Source: Candidatus Latescibacterota bacterium (GTDB lineage: Bacteria; Latescibacterota; UBA2968; UBA8231). From it: DNA of 64,000 nt. Positions 1 through 14,691 of this stretch are shown in pieces. Location: positions 1,792,001 to 1,856,000 of the forward strand of contig OZ241889.1 in NCBI GenBank assembly GCA_965203355.1, in the 5' to 3' direction. The notes beneath the pieces are model-generated. The model was not told the DNA's origin, searched no databases, and was given only the letters and a program-made list of their open reading frames with translations. The position numbers and the translations under genes were made by a program. Position 1 is the stretch's first letter; each line of letters begins with the position of its first letter.

Positions 1-1849
<1,849 letters not shown>

Positions 1850-1852
1850 TTA

Positions 1853-1881
1853 TTGTCCGTCGCCGGGTCCAGCCTTATATT
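1853..1881 (+). promoter_or_regulatory. Putative sigma70 promoter for cyoE
   Basis: TTGTCC-N17-TATATT, 24 nt upstream of ATG 1905. Confidence 0.5.
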
Positions 1882-1904
1882 TTTGTCGCGGAACGAGATA
1901 GGAC

Positions 1905-2765
1905 ATGACTGGTACTTGGTGCGACTACTGGGAACTGACTAAACCGAGAATTGCCTTTTTGGTGCTGGTTACGGCCGCCTTGGGTTTTTTTTGGGGCGGG
2001 CAAGGCATCCACGCGCCGCTGCTTTTTTGCTGTCTGCTCCTCGGCACGGGCCTGACTACGTGCGGCTCGTCGGTGCTCAACCAGTATCTGGAGCGCGATG
2101 TCGATGGGTTGATGAAGCGCACGCGCAACCGTCCCTTGCCAGCCGGCCGCGTCAAGCCGGGTACGGCGTTGTCAATGGGGTTTGCGCTGGTATTGGGCGG
2201 CGTGTTCTTCCTGCTTTTTACCGCTGGGTTGTCGACGGCGTTTTTGGCGCTTCTCTCGGCGTTTCTCTACGTGGTAGTGTACACCCCGATGAAGCGGCAA
2301 AATTGGCTCAATACCTCGCTGGGGGCCGTGCCGGGTGCCCTGCCGCCCGTAGGGGGCTGGACGGCGGCGACCGGCGCGATTGACCCGGGTGCTGTGGTCC
2401 TGTTTCTCATTCTCTTTGCTTGGCAGCACCCGCATTTCTACGCCATTGCTTGGATCTTCCGCGACGACTACCGACGCGGCGGTTTCAAGATGTTGCCGGT
2501 CGTCGAGCCGGATGGGAACAGCACCTGCTGGCAGGTCGTGGGCTACTTGGTGCTGCTGCTGATTTTTTCGGTATTGCCTTCGTTTATGGGGCTTACCGGC
2601 CCGTTCTATCTCGCCGGCGCGGTGGTGTTGGGTGCGCTGTTTTTGGCCTCCGGTCTCGCGCTTAGCTTCTCGCGCTCGGCGACCAGTGCGCGGTGGCTGC
2701 TCAAGGCTTCGGTTCTCTATCTGCCGCTATTGTTGGTGCTGAGCGTGGTGGATGCTGGATTTTAG
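1905..2765 (+). CDS. cyoE: Protoheme IX farnesyltransferase (heme O synthase)
   Basis: ELTKPRI, NQYLERDVDGLMKRTRNRPLPAG, YTPMKR, WQHPHF motifs; multi-TM. Confidence 0.95.
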   Translation: MTGTWCDYWELTKPRIAFLVLVTAALGFFWGGQGIHAPLLFCCLLLGTGLTTCGSSVLNQYLERDVDGLMKRTRNRPLPAGRVKPGTALSMGFALVLGGVFFLLFTAGLSTAFLALLSAFLYVVVYTPMKRQNWLNTSLGAVPGALPPVGGWTAATGAIDPGAVVLFLILFAWQHPHFYAIAWIFRDDYRRGGFKMLPVVEPDGNSTCWQVVGYLVLLLIFSVLPSFMGLTGPFYLAGAVVLGALFLASGLALSFSRSATSARWLLKASVLYLPLLLVLSVVDAGF

Positions 2766-3335
2766 GAGTGCGGCTTGCGCCCGCTCGTACTCTGCGGGCG
2801 CGTTGAGATTGGCAAAAAGCAGGCCGCGCTCGTCGTAGGGCCGCCAGTCCCTTTCCCTTACTACATCCAAACTCAGATCGCGCAAGAGGTCGCGCATGCC
2901 GAGCTGACCGGCTTGTACGGCCGCTTGTACGGCCGCTAAGCAGGACGGATCGTAGAGGGCGCAGAGTGGTTGCAGCCCGGTGGCTGCGTAGGGCACGACC
3001 GCTTGATGCGACCCGCGTCGGCCGACGAGGTGGCGGAGAAAAGCTGGAGTGAGAAAGGGCAAATCGCAGGCGAGGAGGAGCACGGGTGTGGAGATTGTGC
3101 TGAGCGCGGTGTACAGGCCGCCCAGCGGCCCAAGCCCGGGGGAGTGGTCAGGATGGACGGACAGACCGAGGTGGGCATAGGTGGCGGGATGGCCGATGAT
3201 GACGCGGGGATAGCCGAGCGGGTGCGCCGCGGCGAGGACTCGTTCAATCAGGGTCTGCCCGCCCAGTTGCAGGAGGGCCTTGTCGCGGCCCATGCGTCGG
3301 CTCTGGCCGCCGGCTAGCACGGCGACGTGGATCAT
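2727..3335 (-). CDS. mobA: Molybdenum cofactor guanylyltransferase / MobA-like NTP transferase
   Basis: LAGGQSRRMGRDKA, GPLGG, ACDLP, NLN motifs; start overlaps larB stop (ATGA). Confidence 0.88.
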   Translation of the reverse strand: MIHVAVLAGGQSRRMGRDKALLQLGGQTLIERVLAAAHPLGYPRVIIGHPATYAHLGLSVHPDHSPGLGPLGGLYTALSTISTPVLLLACDLPFLTPAFLRHLVGRRGSHQAVVPYAATGLQPLCALYDPSCLAAVQAAVQAGQLGMRDLLRDLSLDVVRERDWRPYDERGLLFANLNAPAEYERAQAALLKSSIHHAQHQQ

Positions 3336-4096
3336 TCGGGGTACGGGCTGGGGCGGCGGTTGATCTGGGCGGCGGCGTACCCAGCACCAAAGCCGTTGTC
3401 GATGTTGACAACAACTACGCCGGCCGCACAGGAGTTGAGCATGGTCAAGAGAGCGGCGAGGCCGTGGAAACTCGCGCCGTAGCCCACGCTAGTTGGCACG
3501 GCCACGACCGGAACATCCACCAGCCCGCCGACGACGCTGGCGAGTGCGCCCTCCATGCCGGCGACGACGACGATGGCCCGCGCCTGCTGCAAAAGTTCGC
3601 GGTACGCTAAGAGCCGGTGCAGGCCCGCGACGCCGATGTCGCAAACCTCCTCGACCTGTGCGCCCATGGCGCGGGCCGTGACGACCGCTTCGCGGGCCAC
3701 GGGCAAGTCCGAGGTGCCGGCGGCGGCGACGACGACGAGGCCGTCGGCTGTGGGCTGTTCGGCGCTTGGTACTAGGACCGTGCGGGCGAGCGAATCGTGC
3801 TCGGCGTGGTCAAAGCGCTTGACGAGTGCTTGGGCTGTGGCCGCTTCGACGCGGGTCGCCAAGACCTGTGCGCCCTGCGCGATTATGCGCTCGGCGATAG
3901 TCAGCACCTGCTCGCAGGTTTTGCCTTGGGCGAAAATGACTTCCGGGAACCCAGTGCGCAGGGCGCGGTGATGATCGACGTGGGCAAACCCCAGGTTTTC
4001 GAACGGCAGGTTCCTAAGCCGCTCTAAGGCTTGGCCCGGCGCGAGGTCTCCGGTGGCGACTCGTTCTAACAGGTGGCGGAGTTGTTCTTGGTCCAT
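3332..4096 (-). CDS. larB: Nickel-pincer cofactor biosynthesis protein LarB (PurE-like)
   Basis: DHHRALRTGFPEVIF, AGTSDLPVA, AGMEGAL, PTSVGYG, VVNIDNGFGA. Confidence 0.93.
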   Translation of the reverse strand: MDQEQLRHLLERVATGDLAPGQALERLRNLPFENLGFAHVDHHRALRTGFPEVIFAQGKTCEQVLTIAERIIAQGAQVLATRVEAATAQALVKRFDHAEHDSLARTVLVPSAEQPTADGLVVVAAAGTSDLPVAREAVVTARAMGAQVEEVCDIGVAGLHRLLAYRELLQQARAIVVVAGMEGALASVVGGLVDVPVVAVPTSVGYGASFHGLAALLTMLNSCAAGVVVVNIDNGFGAGYAAAQINRRPSPYPE

Positions 4097-4114
4097 GGCA
4101 TTGGGAACGCGAGG

Positions 4115-5494
4115 TCAACGGCAGCAGCGGAAGCCGAGGAGGGGCTGCTCGTAGGTTTGCAAGGGCGAGTCGGCCGCGATTTCCGCTAAGACTTCTATAT
4201 CATAAGAGTCTTGGCCTTCGGTGGATAGGGTGCTCACGAGAATGGCGCCGTCGCAAGCACCGCTCGCAGATACGCTGCTGGCGGCCACATACACCGCGAG
4301 GTCGCCGGCCGCATCGAGCGCGGCGGTCCACTCGTCTATGTTGCCTGTCAAATCAAAGACGCCACTCGCGCTGCCGCAGTTGGGAAACGAGCCGGAAGGC
4401 GCGAGTTGTGCGGTTGGGTCGCTGCTGAAGTGGGAAAAGGCCGAACCCGGCACGTTGCAGAAGCGTACGCCAAAGTGGTCGCGGCCGTCGTACTCGGCTA
4501 AATCATCGATCGAAGAAAAGCGCCGCGTTTGGCCTGCTTGACAAGCGGTGCGCCACTCGTCTGGGCTGCACAGACGCTTGCCCTCGGCCGCGCACTGGCG
4601 CGCCGCTTGGAAAAACGAAGCCGACTGCGGCCGCGCGCCTCTGGCATTGGGATACTCGAACGCATCGATCTCGTATTCTCGACCTGTTGGCAGGGCTAGA
4701 CGCACCATGCCGCCCGTCGGTAGAGGCGTCTCAATGGAGACGTGGAGGGCGATTTCGCGCTCGATGTTTGCGGCGCCGTCACTGGCGGAAACGCGCAGTT
4801 TGTGGCTGCCGGCAAAAAAGGCGACGATGGTAGCACGCGAGCCGATTTGCCGACCGGTTTCCTCGTCTCGGATGGCCTCCTCCGCCCAGATGCTAAGGCT
4901 GTCCTTGGCCATCGGTTCCCAGTGGTATTCGAGCGGGTCGCCGTCCGGATCGCTGCCAAAAGCGTCAATGACTATCTGCGGCGCACTAAACGCGCTGGTC
5001 ACATCGGCGGGTGCTTCGAGCCGGGGTTCGCGCTGTACGACCTCCACGAGGAAGTTTTCGACCAGCACCCGCGCGTCGGCGGCGCAGCGCTGGCGGTCGG
5101 CTAAATCGGGTACGACATCGCAGTCGCGGTCGAGTACGAGAACCTGCACGACAAATTGCTCGCTGGAGCCAGCGATGGCTTGGGGGGCGAACCAAGCGTT
5201 GGTCTCTTGGGCCTGCGCCGCGCGAAAACGGCCGCTTGGCGCGCGCCACTCGTAGAACACCGGGTCGTCGTCGGCATCGGCTGCGCGGACTTCAAAGCGG
5301 ACCTCGCCGCCGCGTTGGACTCGGCAAACGGCATCCGCGCTATTGAGCAAGGTGTCTAGGGAGGTTGTGCCGGGCGACTGACAGATCATCCGCGCCAAGT
5401 GTACGGTCGGGGGATCGTTGGGGAGGTCGTCGTGGAGCAAGCTACAGGCCCCGAGGGCGAGAAACAGGGCTGCGAGGCACCAACCGAGGTTCAT
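4115..5494 (-). CDS. Lipoprotein with Ig/PKD-like domains and C-terminal FGE-sulfatase (SUMF1-like) domain
   Basis: ATG 5494 overlaps parB stop; lipobox LALGAC; DADDDPVFYEW and DPDGDPLEYHW Ig-like motifs; IDAFEYPN...GKRLCSPDEW...DLTGNIDEW...GFRCC. Confidence 0.75.
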   Translation of the reverse strand: MNLGWCLAALFLALGACSLLHDDLPNDPPTVHLARMICQSPGTTSLDTLLNSADAVCRVQRGGEVRFEVRAADADDDPVFYEWRAPSGRFRAAQAQETNAWFAPQAIAGSSEQFVVQVLVLDRDCDVVPDLADRQRCAADARVLVENFLVEVVQREPRLEAPADVTSAFSAPQIVIDAFGSDPDGDPLEYHWEPMAKDSLSIWAEEAIRDEETGRQIGSRATIVAFFAGSHKLRVSASDGAANIEREIALHVSIETPLPTGGMVRLALPTGREYEIDAFEYPNARGARPQSASFFQAARQCAAEGKRLCSPDEWRTACQAGQTRRFSSIDDLAEYDGRDHFGVRFCNVPGSAFSHFSSDPTAQLAPSGSFPNCGSASGVFDLTGNIDEWTAALDAAGDLAVYVAASSVSASGACDGAILVSTLSTEGQDSYDIEVLAEIAADSPLQTYEQPLLGFRCCR

Positions 5495-6366
5495 TCGCCT
5501 TCGATCATCAGGTCGAGTAGCCGCTCTAGATCCCCATCGTTGTAGAATTCGATCTGGATGGCCCCTTTGTTCGCTGCGGTGCGACGGATGTTGACCGCGG
5601 TGCCAAAGCGATGCTGCAACCGCTCCTCGTAGTCGCGGATGTGGGGGTCGTTGGAAACTTCTTTGGGCGCCTTCTTTTTTTTGCGGCCCACGCGCTGATT
5701 GGCAACGGCCTTTTCGACCTCGCGGACCGCCATTTTTTCCTCGACGGCGCGGCGGGCCAGCCCGAGCCGGTCTTCGTCTTCTTCGAGCCCGAGCAGCGCG
5801 CGGGCATGCCCCATCTGTAGCTGACCGTGGCGCAAGAAGTCTTGGACTTCGTGCGGCAATTGCAACAGCCTGAGAAGATTGGTCACGGTCGAGCGATTTT
5901 TCCCCACCTTGCGGGCGACTTCCTCTTGTGTGAGGAAGCACTTGTCGGTCAGCGAACGGTAGCCTTCGGCCTCTTCGATGGGGGTCAGGTTTTCGCGCTG
6001 AATGTTCTCGATCAGCGACAGTTCCATCAAGTCTTGCTGCGACTCGATTTCGTGGACGATCGCCGGTATTTCTTGGAGCCCGGCCTTCTTGGTAGCCCGC
6101 CAACGGCGCTCGCCAGCGATAATCTGGTAGCTCTGGCCGATGCGGTTGACGGTGATGGGCTGGATGACGCCTTTCTCTTGGATCGAGTGCATCAGTTCGT
6201 TGATGCTCTCTTCGTCAAACTCAGTGCGAGCTTGATAGGGATTGGGCTCTATATCATCGACGTTGATATAGAAGATTTGGCGCGAGGCGTCGCCTTGGCC
6301 GCTAGGTTCGGCGTACTCGGGGATGAGGGCGGTGAGACCCTTGCCGAGGACCGGCTTCTTACCCAT
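5491..6366 (-). CDS. parB: Chromosome partitioning protein ParB
   Basis: [44 protein letters not shown]. Confidence 0.96.
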   Translation of the reverse strand: MGKKPVLGKGLTALIPEYAEPSGQGDASRQIFYINVDDIEPNPYQARTEFDEESINELMHSIQEKGVIQPITVNRIGQSYQIIAGERRWRATKKAGLQEIPAIVHEIESQQDLMELSLIENIQRENLTPIEEAEGYRSLTDKCFLTQEEVARKVGKNRSTVTNLLRLLQLPHEVQDFLRHGQLQMGHARALLGLEEDEDRLGLARRAVEEKMAVREVEKAVANQRVGRKKKKAPKEVSNDPHIRDYEERLQHRFGTAVNIRRTAANKGAIQIEFYNDGDLERLLDLMIEGE

Positions 6367-7126
6367 GGTCAATCACTTCTCCTGCGAGGCTCATGTAATC
6401 CTGCGATCCCTGCGACAAGATGTCGTAGAGTACGATGGGTTGGCCGTGGCTAGGGGCCTCGGCCAAGCGCACGTTGCGGCTGATGGAGGTCCTGTAAACC
6501 TTGTTGCCGAAATAGGACTTGACCTCTGAAGATACCTGGCGCGATAGGTTCAGGCGTCCGTCGAACATGGTGAGTAGGACGCCAGCGATCTGGAGCTTGG
6601 GATTGAGATGGCGTTGGATCTGGCGCACGGTGTTGAGCAGCCGACCCAAGCCCTCTAGCGCGTAGTACTCGCACTGAATGGGTATCATCACCGAGTCGGC
6701 TGCCGTCAGGGCGTTGATAGTCAGCAGCCCCAAAGAGGGTGGACAATCGAGAATGATATAAGCGTATTGGTCGCGGACTTGGTTGAGCAGCCCGTCCAAC
6801 TTTTGCTCGCGCGCGATCATGTTGACCATCTCGACCTCGGCACCCGTCAGGTTGATGTGCGAGGGAATCAAGGACAAGAAGGATATCTTGGTCTCGTAGG
6901 TAACGTCAGCGGTCTCTCTTTGCCCGATCAGCGCGTGGTAAATATTGGCCGTTTCGATTTCCTCGCTGTTTTGAAAGCCGCAGCCGGAGGTGGCATTGGC
7001 CTGTGGATCCATGTCGATGAGCAAGGTCTTTTGCTCGGCCACAGCCAAACTAGCCGCCAAGTTGACGGCCGTGGTGGTTTTGCCGACCCCTCCTTTTTGA
7101 TTGGATATGGCGATAACCCGGCCCAT
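6359..7126 (-). CDS. parA: Chromosome partitioning ATPase ParA/Soj
   Basis: [11 protein letters not shown] deviant Walker A, DMDPQAN, DCPPSLG, EAPSHG. Confidence 0.96.
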   Translation of the reverse strand: MGRVIAISNQKGGVGKTTTAVNLAASLAVAEQKTLLIDMDPQANATSGCGFQNSEEIETANIYHALIGQRETADVTYETKISFLSLIPSHINLTGAEVEMVNMIAREQKLDGLLNQVRDQYAYIILDCPPSLGLLTINALTAADSVMIPIQCEYYALEGLGRLLNTVRQIQRHLNPKLQIAGVLLTMFDGRLNLSRQVSSEVKSYFGNKVYRTSISRNVRLAEAPSHGQPIVLYDILSQGSQDYMSLAGEVIDHG

Positions 7127-7135
7127 GACAGCATC

Positions 7136-9766
<2,631 letters not shown>

Positions 9767-9945
9767 TGCTTTCCTATTCTATATAATACGTTGTGAGTTG
9801 AGAGGGCATCTTGGCCTTGACAGCCTTTGCCGCTGAGCTTGAAAAAGGGGCGAATTTGGGTGCTGGGAAGAGTCCAAGGGTCGAACATGATCGGTGCTTC
9901 AAGGAACGGCCTGAATATATCCCAAAGGAGCGGTTCGTGCAAGCA

Positions 9946-10965
9946 TTACGCCCACACCTGTTCCCAGCGCTGGCTAGCGGCCGAGCGATAGAGCGCCAAG
10001 GCGGTGCGCAACTCGCCGAGCGCGTGCTCGGCCGGCGCGTCCGGGGCCTTGCCGTCGAGGACGGCGGCGGCAAAATCGGCTAGCTCGGGGCCAAAGGATT
10101 CGGCGTACCCTCGACTGGCAAAAAGCCGCTTGCCGTCGGGATGGTCTGCATCCCACAGCAAGAGTTCGGCGCCGTCGAGAGCGGCGTTGATGGTCAGCTC
10201 GCCCTTGGTGCCGGTAATGCGCCACCAAGGATCGGGGGCGAGAACCGCGTCGATCATCATGGCGTCGAAGATGGCGGTCTTGCCCGAGTCAAAGCGGAAG
10301 AGCGCCCGGGCGAGGGATTCGCCCTCCATTTGCGCGAGCGGGTGCCCCAACACGCCGACCACTTCTTTGATTTCGCCCATCCACATGCGCAAGGGCCGGA
10401 TCCAGTGCGAGCCGCCGTCGATGGCGATACCGCCGCCGGTGCGTCCCCTTTCGTAGCGCCAGGGCCGTTCCTCTTTGAACCAGTAGGAGTCAAAAGGATA
10501 GACAAAGGCCGCACGAGCGGTGATGATCTCGCCGATGGCTCCGGCGGCAAGGTGTTTTTGGGCCTCGACAATTTCGGGCCAGTACTGGCTGTTTTCCGCG
10601 ACCATGAAGATGCCTGGGGCCGCGCGGGCGGCCGAGAGAATGCGGTCGCAGGCGTCGAGGGTGGGGGCCATGGGCTTTTCCAAGAGCACGTGCTTGCCGG
10701 CGGCAAAGCACTGGAGGGCGATGGGTTCGTGTAGGTCGTGGGGCAACATGATGTCGACGGCGTCGAAGTCGCCTTTTGCGAGGGCCTCGTCGAGCGAGGT
10801 GAAGGCCTGCCCGCCGGTTTCAGCGGCGTAGGCTTGGGCTTTGGATTCGTCGAGATCGACTAACGCGGTGACGTCGATGCGGGGGGCTTGGGCCTTGATG
10901 CCGTCGAGGTGAAAGCGGGCGATGGCACCGCAGCCAATAAAGGCGAGCTTGAGTTGGTCCGGCAT
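9946..10965 (-). CDS. Gfo/Idh/MocA family oxidoreductase
   Basis: IGCGAIA Rossmann motif, KHVLLEKP, GGGIAIDGGSH; start placed at MPDQLK (10965). Confidence 0.9.
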   Translation of the reverse strand: MPDQLKLAFIGCGAIARFHLDGIKAQAPRIDVTALVDLDESKAQAYAAETGGQAFTSLDEALAKGDFDAVDIMLPHDLHEPIALQCFAAGKHVLLEKPMAPTLDACDRILSAARAAPGIFMVAENSQYWPEIVEAQKHLAAGAIGEIITARAAFVYPFDSYWFKEERPWRYERGRTGGGIAIDGGSHWIRPLRMWMGEIKEVVGVLGHPLAQMEGESLARALFRFDSGKTAIFDAMMIDAVLAPDPWWRITGTKGELTINAALDGAELLLWDADHPDGKRLFASRGYAESFGPELADFAAAVLDGKAPDAPAEHALGELRTALALYRSAASQRWEQVWA

Positions 10966-11188
10966 GGAATAAGTCTCCGATAGCATAGGGGAATTAGGGT
11001 TGGGAAAATACGCAATGGAGGCGCGGGAAATCAATAGGGCGAGACTTGGAACGGAGCAAGGTTGGGAAGAGGAGATAGATAGATTTGCCTTTGCCCGGTC
11101 GTGCGTTGCGATATTACTTTTGGGTGGCGAGGGTAGCGGGGTCGGATGCTCGGGGGTAGATTTGGAATCCCAAACAAGGAGTCAGTGT

Positions 11189-14062
11189 ATGAAGTGCCAA
11201 TTGCTTTTATATACTCTGGTGCTGTGGGCGAGCGTCGCCTTCGGCGCAGAAGGAACGCTTTCCGGTGTCGTGATGGGGCCGGCGGGCGAAGCCATCCCTG
11301 GGGCTAACGTCGTTCTGGTCAGCGACCTGCTGGCCGATGGCAAGACCGGCACCGCTACCGACGAAGCGGGTCGCTTCCGCTTGGAGGCACTGCCGGTCGG
11401 CGAGTACCAGCTCCGCGTCACGCATATTGGCTATCGGGCCCTAATGCGAGAAGGGGTGGACATCGTCGCCGGTGAACAGGTGCTGAGGCTGGCGTTGGCA
11501 ACGGGGATCATCTTCCTCGACCAGAGCGTAGTTTCGGCTTCGCGGCGGCAGGAAAAAGCCCTCGAAGCCCCGGCCTCGGTGGCGCTAGTTGAAGCCGAAG
11601 AGATCCGCAATCGGCCGGCGCTCAGCGTTGCCGAGCACATCCGCGATCTGCCGGCGGTAGATTTTTCTCAGACCGGCTTGGCGCAGAGCAATGTGGTGGT
11701 GCGGGGCTTCAACAATGTCTTTTCGGGTGCGCTGCTGACGCTGACCGACAATCGCATTGCGCGCGTTCCCTCGCTGCGGTTAAATGCCTACAACTTCATT
11801 CCGGTGACCAACGACGACATCGAGCGCATTGAGGTGGTGTTGGGGCCGGGGTCGGCGCTTTACGGCCCGAATAGCGCCAACGGCGTGATGCACATTATCA
11901 CCCGCTCGCCCTTTACTTCGGCGGGGACCAATGTCAACTTGGGCGTTGGCGAGCGGAGTGTGCGCAAGGTCGGTATGCGCCACGCCGGGGTGGCTGGCGA
12001 CCGCCTCGGCTACAAGGTCTCGGCCCAATACTATACGGGAATGGACTGGGAATACGAAGACCCCGTAGAGGTGCAGGCTAGAGCCGCCAATCCAGACATT
12101 CCATCGCGCAATTTTGACGTCGAACGCCAGAGTGCCGAAGCGCGCTTGGATTACGAGGTATCGGACGACTTGACGGCCATTTTGGCCGCCGGATACAACA
12201 AGGCTAATCAGATTGAGTTGACCGGCTTGGGTGCTGGCCAAGTTCGAGACTGGACGTACAACTACGTCCAGCTGCGCCTGCTCTACAAGAATTGGTTCGC
12301 TCAGGTATTCCAGAATGCGAGCAATGCGGGCGACACTTTTATCCTGCGCGATGGCAATTCGATTGTCGATAACTCCAAGCTGACCGCGCTCCAGGTCCAG
12401 CACTCGGCGGCCCTGGGGACTCGGCAGCACTTTACGTACGGGGTCGATGTGCTGTTGACGCGGCCCGATACCGAGGGAACCATCAACGGTGGCAACGAGG
12501 ACTACGATCATATCGACGAGTTCGGAGCCTACGTACAGAGCGAGACGGCCCTAAGCGAGATGCTCGACTTGGTGGTGGCCTTGCGCTACGACGACCACAA
12601 CCGCATTCCCGAAGGCGAAATCTCGCCGCGCGCCGGGCTCGTCTTCAAGCCTAGAGAGACTCAGATCCTGCGGCTGACGTACAACCGCGCCTTTGCGACC
12701 CCGTCGAGTAACAACCTCTATTTGGACATCCGCTCGTCCCCCGATCCTTTCGGCCTTGGTGCGGCCTTTGCTCCGACGCTAGGTTTTGCGCCGGCGATAG
12801 ATATCCGGGCGCAGGGAACTTATCGCGAGGGGTTTGCTAGCGGCTGGACTTTTGCTCGTTCGGGCAATGGCCGGCCACAGTTTCGCTCGTCTTTTGCGCC
12901 GGTGGCCGGGATGGATCCGTCCGACTACATCGACTTGGGGGATCCGACGTTTACCAATGTGATGTGGGGGTTAGGGCGCGGCGGCGTGTTGAGCAGGCTC
13001 AATACACCGCTTTTTCTGGGGCTGGCGACGGCTCAAATAGGCGTGCTGCAAGATCTGGACCCAGCCGCGGCCGAGGCGGCTGCCCAGCAGTTGTTGGGAG
13101 GGTTAGCTGAGCTGGTGCCCGAGCAACTGACGGGCTTGGACAACGCCCTGCTCATGCTCAACCTCGAGAAGGTGGCGGCTGGCGATTCGGCTCCCTTTGA
13201 TCGGGTAGCCGATGTGTTCGACGTGCCGCTGACCCGCTCTACTACGACCGAGACCTTTGAATTGGGCTACAAGGGGATAGTCGGCGAGAGGCTGGTAGTA
13301 GCGGCCGATCTATACAACACGCGGATAAAGGATTTTGTCTCGCCGATTCAGGTGCAGACGCCCAATGTTTTCCTCGATCCGGCTAGCCTCGGAGCGGCAC
13401 TGGGAACCAGCGTTGGAGCGGTGCTGGCCGAAAATGCAGAGTTGGCCGAGGCGGTTGCCCCCCTCGACAAGATGCAGGTCCCGGGCACCTTGTCTGGCAA
13501 CGGCAACGGCTCGCCCGTGGATGAAGTTGTCTCTTTGTTTGCCGGTGGGGCCGCGAGCATCCCGTTTGGCACGGTTACGCCGGAGCAAGCCTACGATCCC
13601 ACGGCGGTGATATTGACCTACCGCAACTTTGGCGTGATCGACCTGAACGGCTTGGACGTGTACTTGGCTTATTTCCCGAGCGACCAATGGTCGCTAACGG
13701 GCAGCTACTCTTATGTCGATAAGACTTTATTTAAGAACGTCGATGGCATCGCCGACATAGTGCTCAACGCGCCGGGCAACAAGTTCAAGGTGGGAACGTC
13801 CTACACCTTTGACCAGCCGCAACTAACCCTAGGGGCGCAGTGGCGCTATGTGGGGGCGTTTCGCCAAGAGTCCGGGGTGTTCGTCGGGGATGTGGACGCG
13901 TACTCGCTGCTCGATTTGAACGCGAGTTATTTGCTGCCGTTTGGCAACAACTTGCGGCTCGGGGTGGATGTTTCCAACGCACTCGACAACAGGCACCGGA
14001 CTTTTGTTGGCGCGCCGGAGATTGGTCGCTTGGTCTTTGCCCAATTAGGCCTGGCGTTTTAA
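11189..14062 (+). CDS. TonB-dependent receptor with N-terminal carboxypeptidase-regulatory-like domain
   Basis: Signal peptide, VVSASRR TonB-box region, IERIEVVLGPGSALYGPNSANGVMHIIT plug motif, C-terminal F; AAGGAG RBS. Confidence 0.92.
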   Translation: MKCQLLLYTLVLWASVAFGAEGTLSGVVMGPAGEAIPGANVVLVSDLLADGKTGTATDEAGRFRLEALPVGEYQLRVTHIGYRALMREGVDIVAGEQVLRLALATGIIFLDQSVVSASRRQEKALEAPASVALVEAEEIRNRPALSVAEHIRDLPAVDFSQTGLAQSNVVVRGFNNVFSGALLTLTDNRIARVPSLRLNAYNFIPVTNDDIERIEVVLGPGSALYGPNSANGVMHIITRSPFTSAGTNVNLGVGERSVRKVGMRHAGVAGDRLGYKVSAQYYTGMDWEYEDPVEVQARAANPDIPSRNFDVERQSAEARLDYEVSDDLTAILAAGYNKANQIELTGLGAGQVRDWTYNYVQLRLLYKNWFAQVFQNASNAGDTFILRDGNSIVDNSKLTALQVQHSAALGTRQHFTYGVDVLLTRPDTEGTINGGNEDYDHIDEFGAYVQSETALSEMLDLVVALRYDDHNRIPEGEISPRAGLVFKPRETQILRLTYNRAFATPSSNNLYLDIRSSPDPFGLGAAFAPTLGFAPAIDIRAQGTYREGFASGWTFARSGNGRPQFRSSFAPVAGMDPSDYIDLGDPTFTNVMWGLGRGGVLSRLNTPLFLGLATAQIGVLQDLDPAAAEAAAQQLLGGLAELVPEQLTGLDNALLMLNLEKVAAGDSAPFDRVADVFDVPLTRSTTTETFELGYKGIVGERLVVAADLYNTRIKDFVSPIQVQTPNVFLDPASLGAALGTSVGAVLAENAELAEAVAPLDKMQVPGTLSGNGNGSPVDEVVSLFAGGAASIPFGTVTPEQAYDPTAVILTYRNFGVIDLNGLDVYLAYFPSDQWSLTGSYSYVDKTLFKNVDGIADIVLNAPGNKFKVGTSYTFDQPQLTLGAQWRYVGAFRQESGVFVGDVDAYSLLDLNASYLLPFGNNLRLGVDVSNALDNRHRTFVGAPEIGRLVFAQLGLAF

Positions 14063-14079
14063 GGGAGAATACAGAAGAG

Positions 14080-14114
14080 AAAAGGGGGACGGGCGCGGTC
14101 CGTTCCCCTTTTTT
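14080..14114. terminator. Bidirectional intrinsic terminator
   Basis: AAAAGGGGGACGG-loop-CCGTTCCCCTTTT between convergent TBDR and ilvN. Confidence 0.8.
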
Positions 14115-14691
14115 ATGTCGGCTCGTTGCCCCGAGCCATGACCACCTTGCCAGTACGCACCATCTCCTTGAGGTCGAATTTGCTCAAGAGCGATTCGAGT
14201 GCGTCCATTTTCTCGGTAGTGCCCGTGGCCTCAATGGTGATGGTGGCTTCCGATATATCGACCGCCTTACCGCGAAAGACCTCGGTAATCTGCAAAACTT
14301 CGGTGCGCTCTTCGACCGAGCAGCCGACCTTAAAGAGCGCCAATTCGCGGGTAATGGCGTTGCCGCCCGAATGGTTTTTGGCGTGGATGACATCGACTAG
14401 CTTGTTGAGCTGCAGGATGATTTGGTGTAGTTCGGCAGCGGGGCCAATGGTGGTAATGGTCATGCGCGAACACTGGGGGATGTGAGCCGGCGAAACGACC
14501 AGATTCTCAATGTTGTAGGCCCGGCGGGCAAAACACTGGGCGATCCGCACTAGGACGCCGGGACGGTCGTTGACCAACAAGCCGATGGTAGTTTTCTGCT
14601 GGGGTTCGGTCGGCCTGAGTTGTGGCGCGTCCACCGCCTCTTGGCGGGCATTGAGATCGGCGGCGGCAAAGTCAATGGCAGTTGTCGGCAT
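14113..14691 (-). CDS. ilvN: Acetolactate synthase small subunit
   Basis: LVNDRPGVLVRI, RRAYNIENL, QLNKLVDV, RELAL, EMVRTG; TAATG overlap with ilvB. Confidence 0.94.
   Translation of the reverse strand: MPTTAIDFAAADLNARQEAVDAPQLRPTEPQQKTTIGLLVNDRPGVLVRIAQCFARRAYNIENLVVSPAHIPQCSRMTITTIGPAAELHQIILQLNKLVDVIHAKNHSGGNAITRELALFKVGCSVEERTEVLQITEVFRGKAVDISEATITIEATGTTEKMDALESLLSKFDLKEMVRTGKVVMARGNEPT

Noticed and set aside
4115-6103. 662-aa ORF as called in the track
   Set aside because: The first 203 codons overlap parB in another frame and are low-complexity; the real start is the lipoprotein ATG at 5494
10966-11188. Cobalamin or TPP riboswitch upstream of the TonB receptor
   Set aside because: No conserved B12-box or TPP core motifs recognisable
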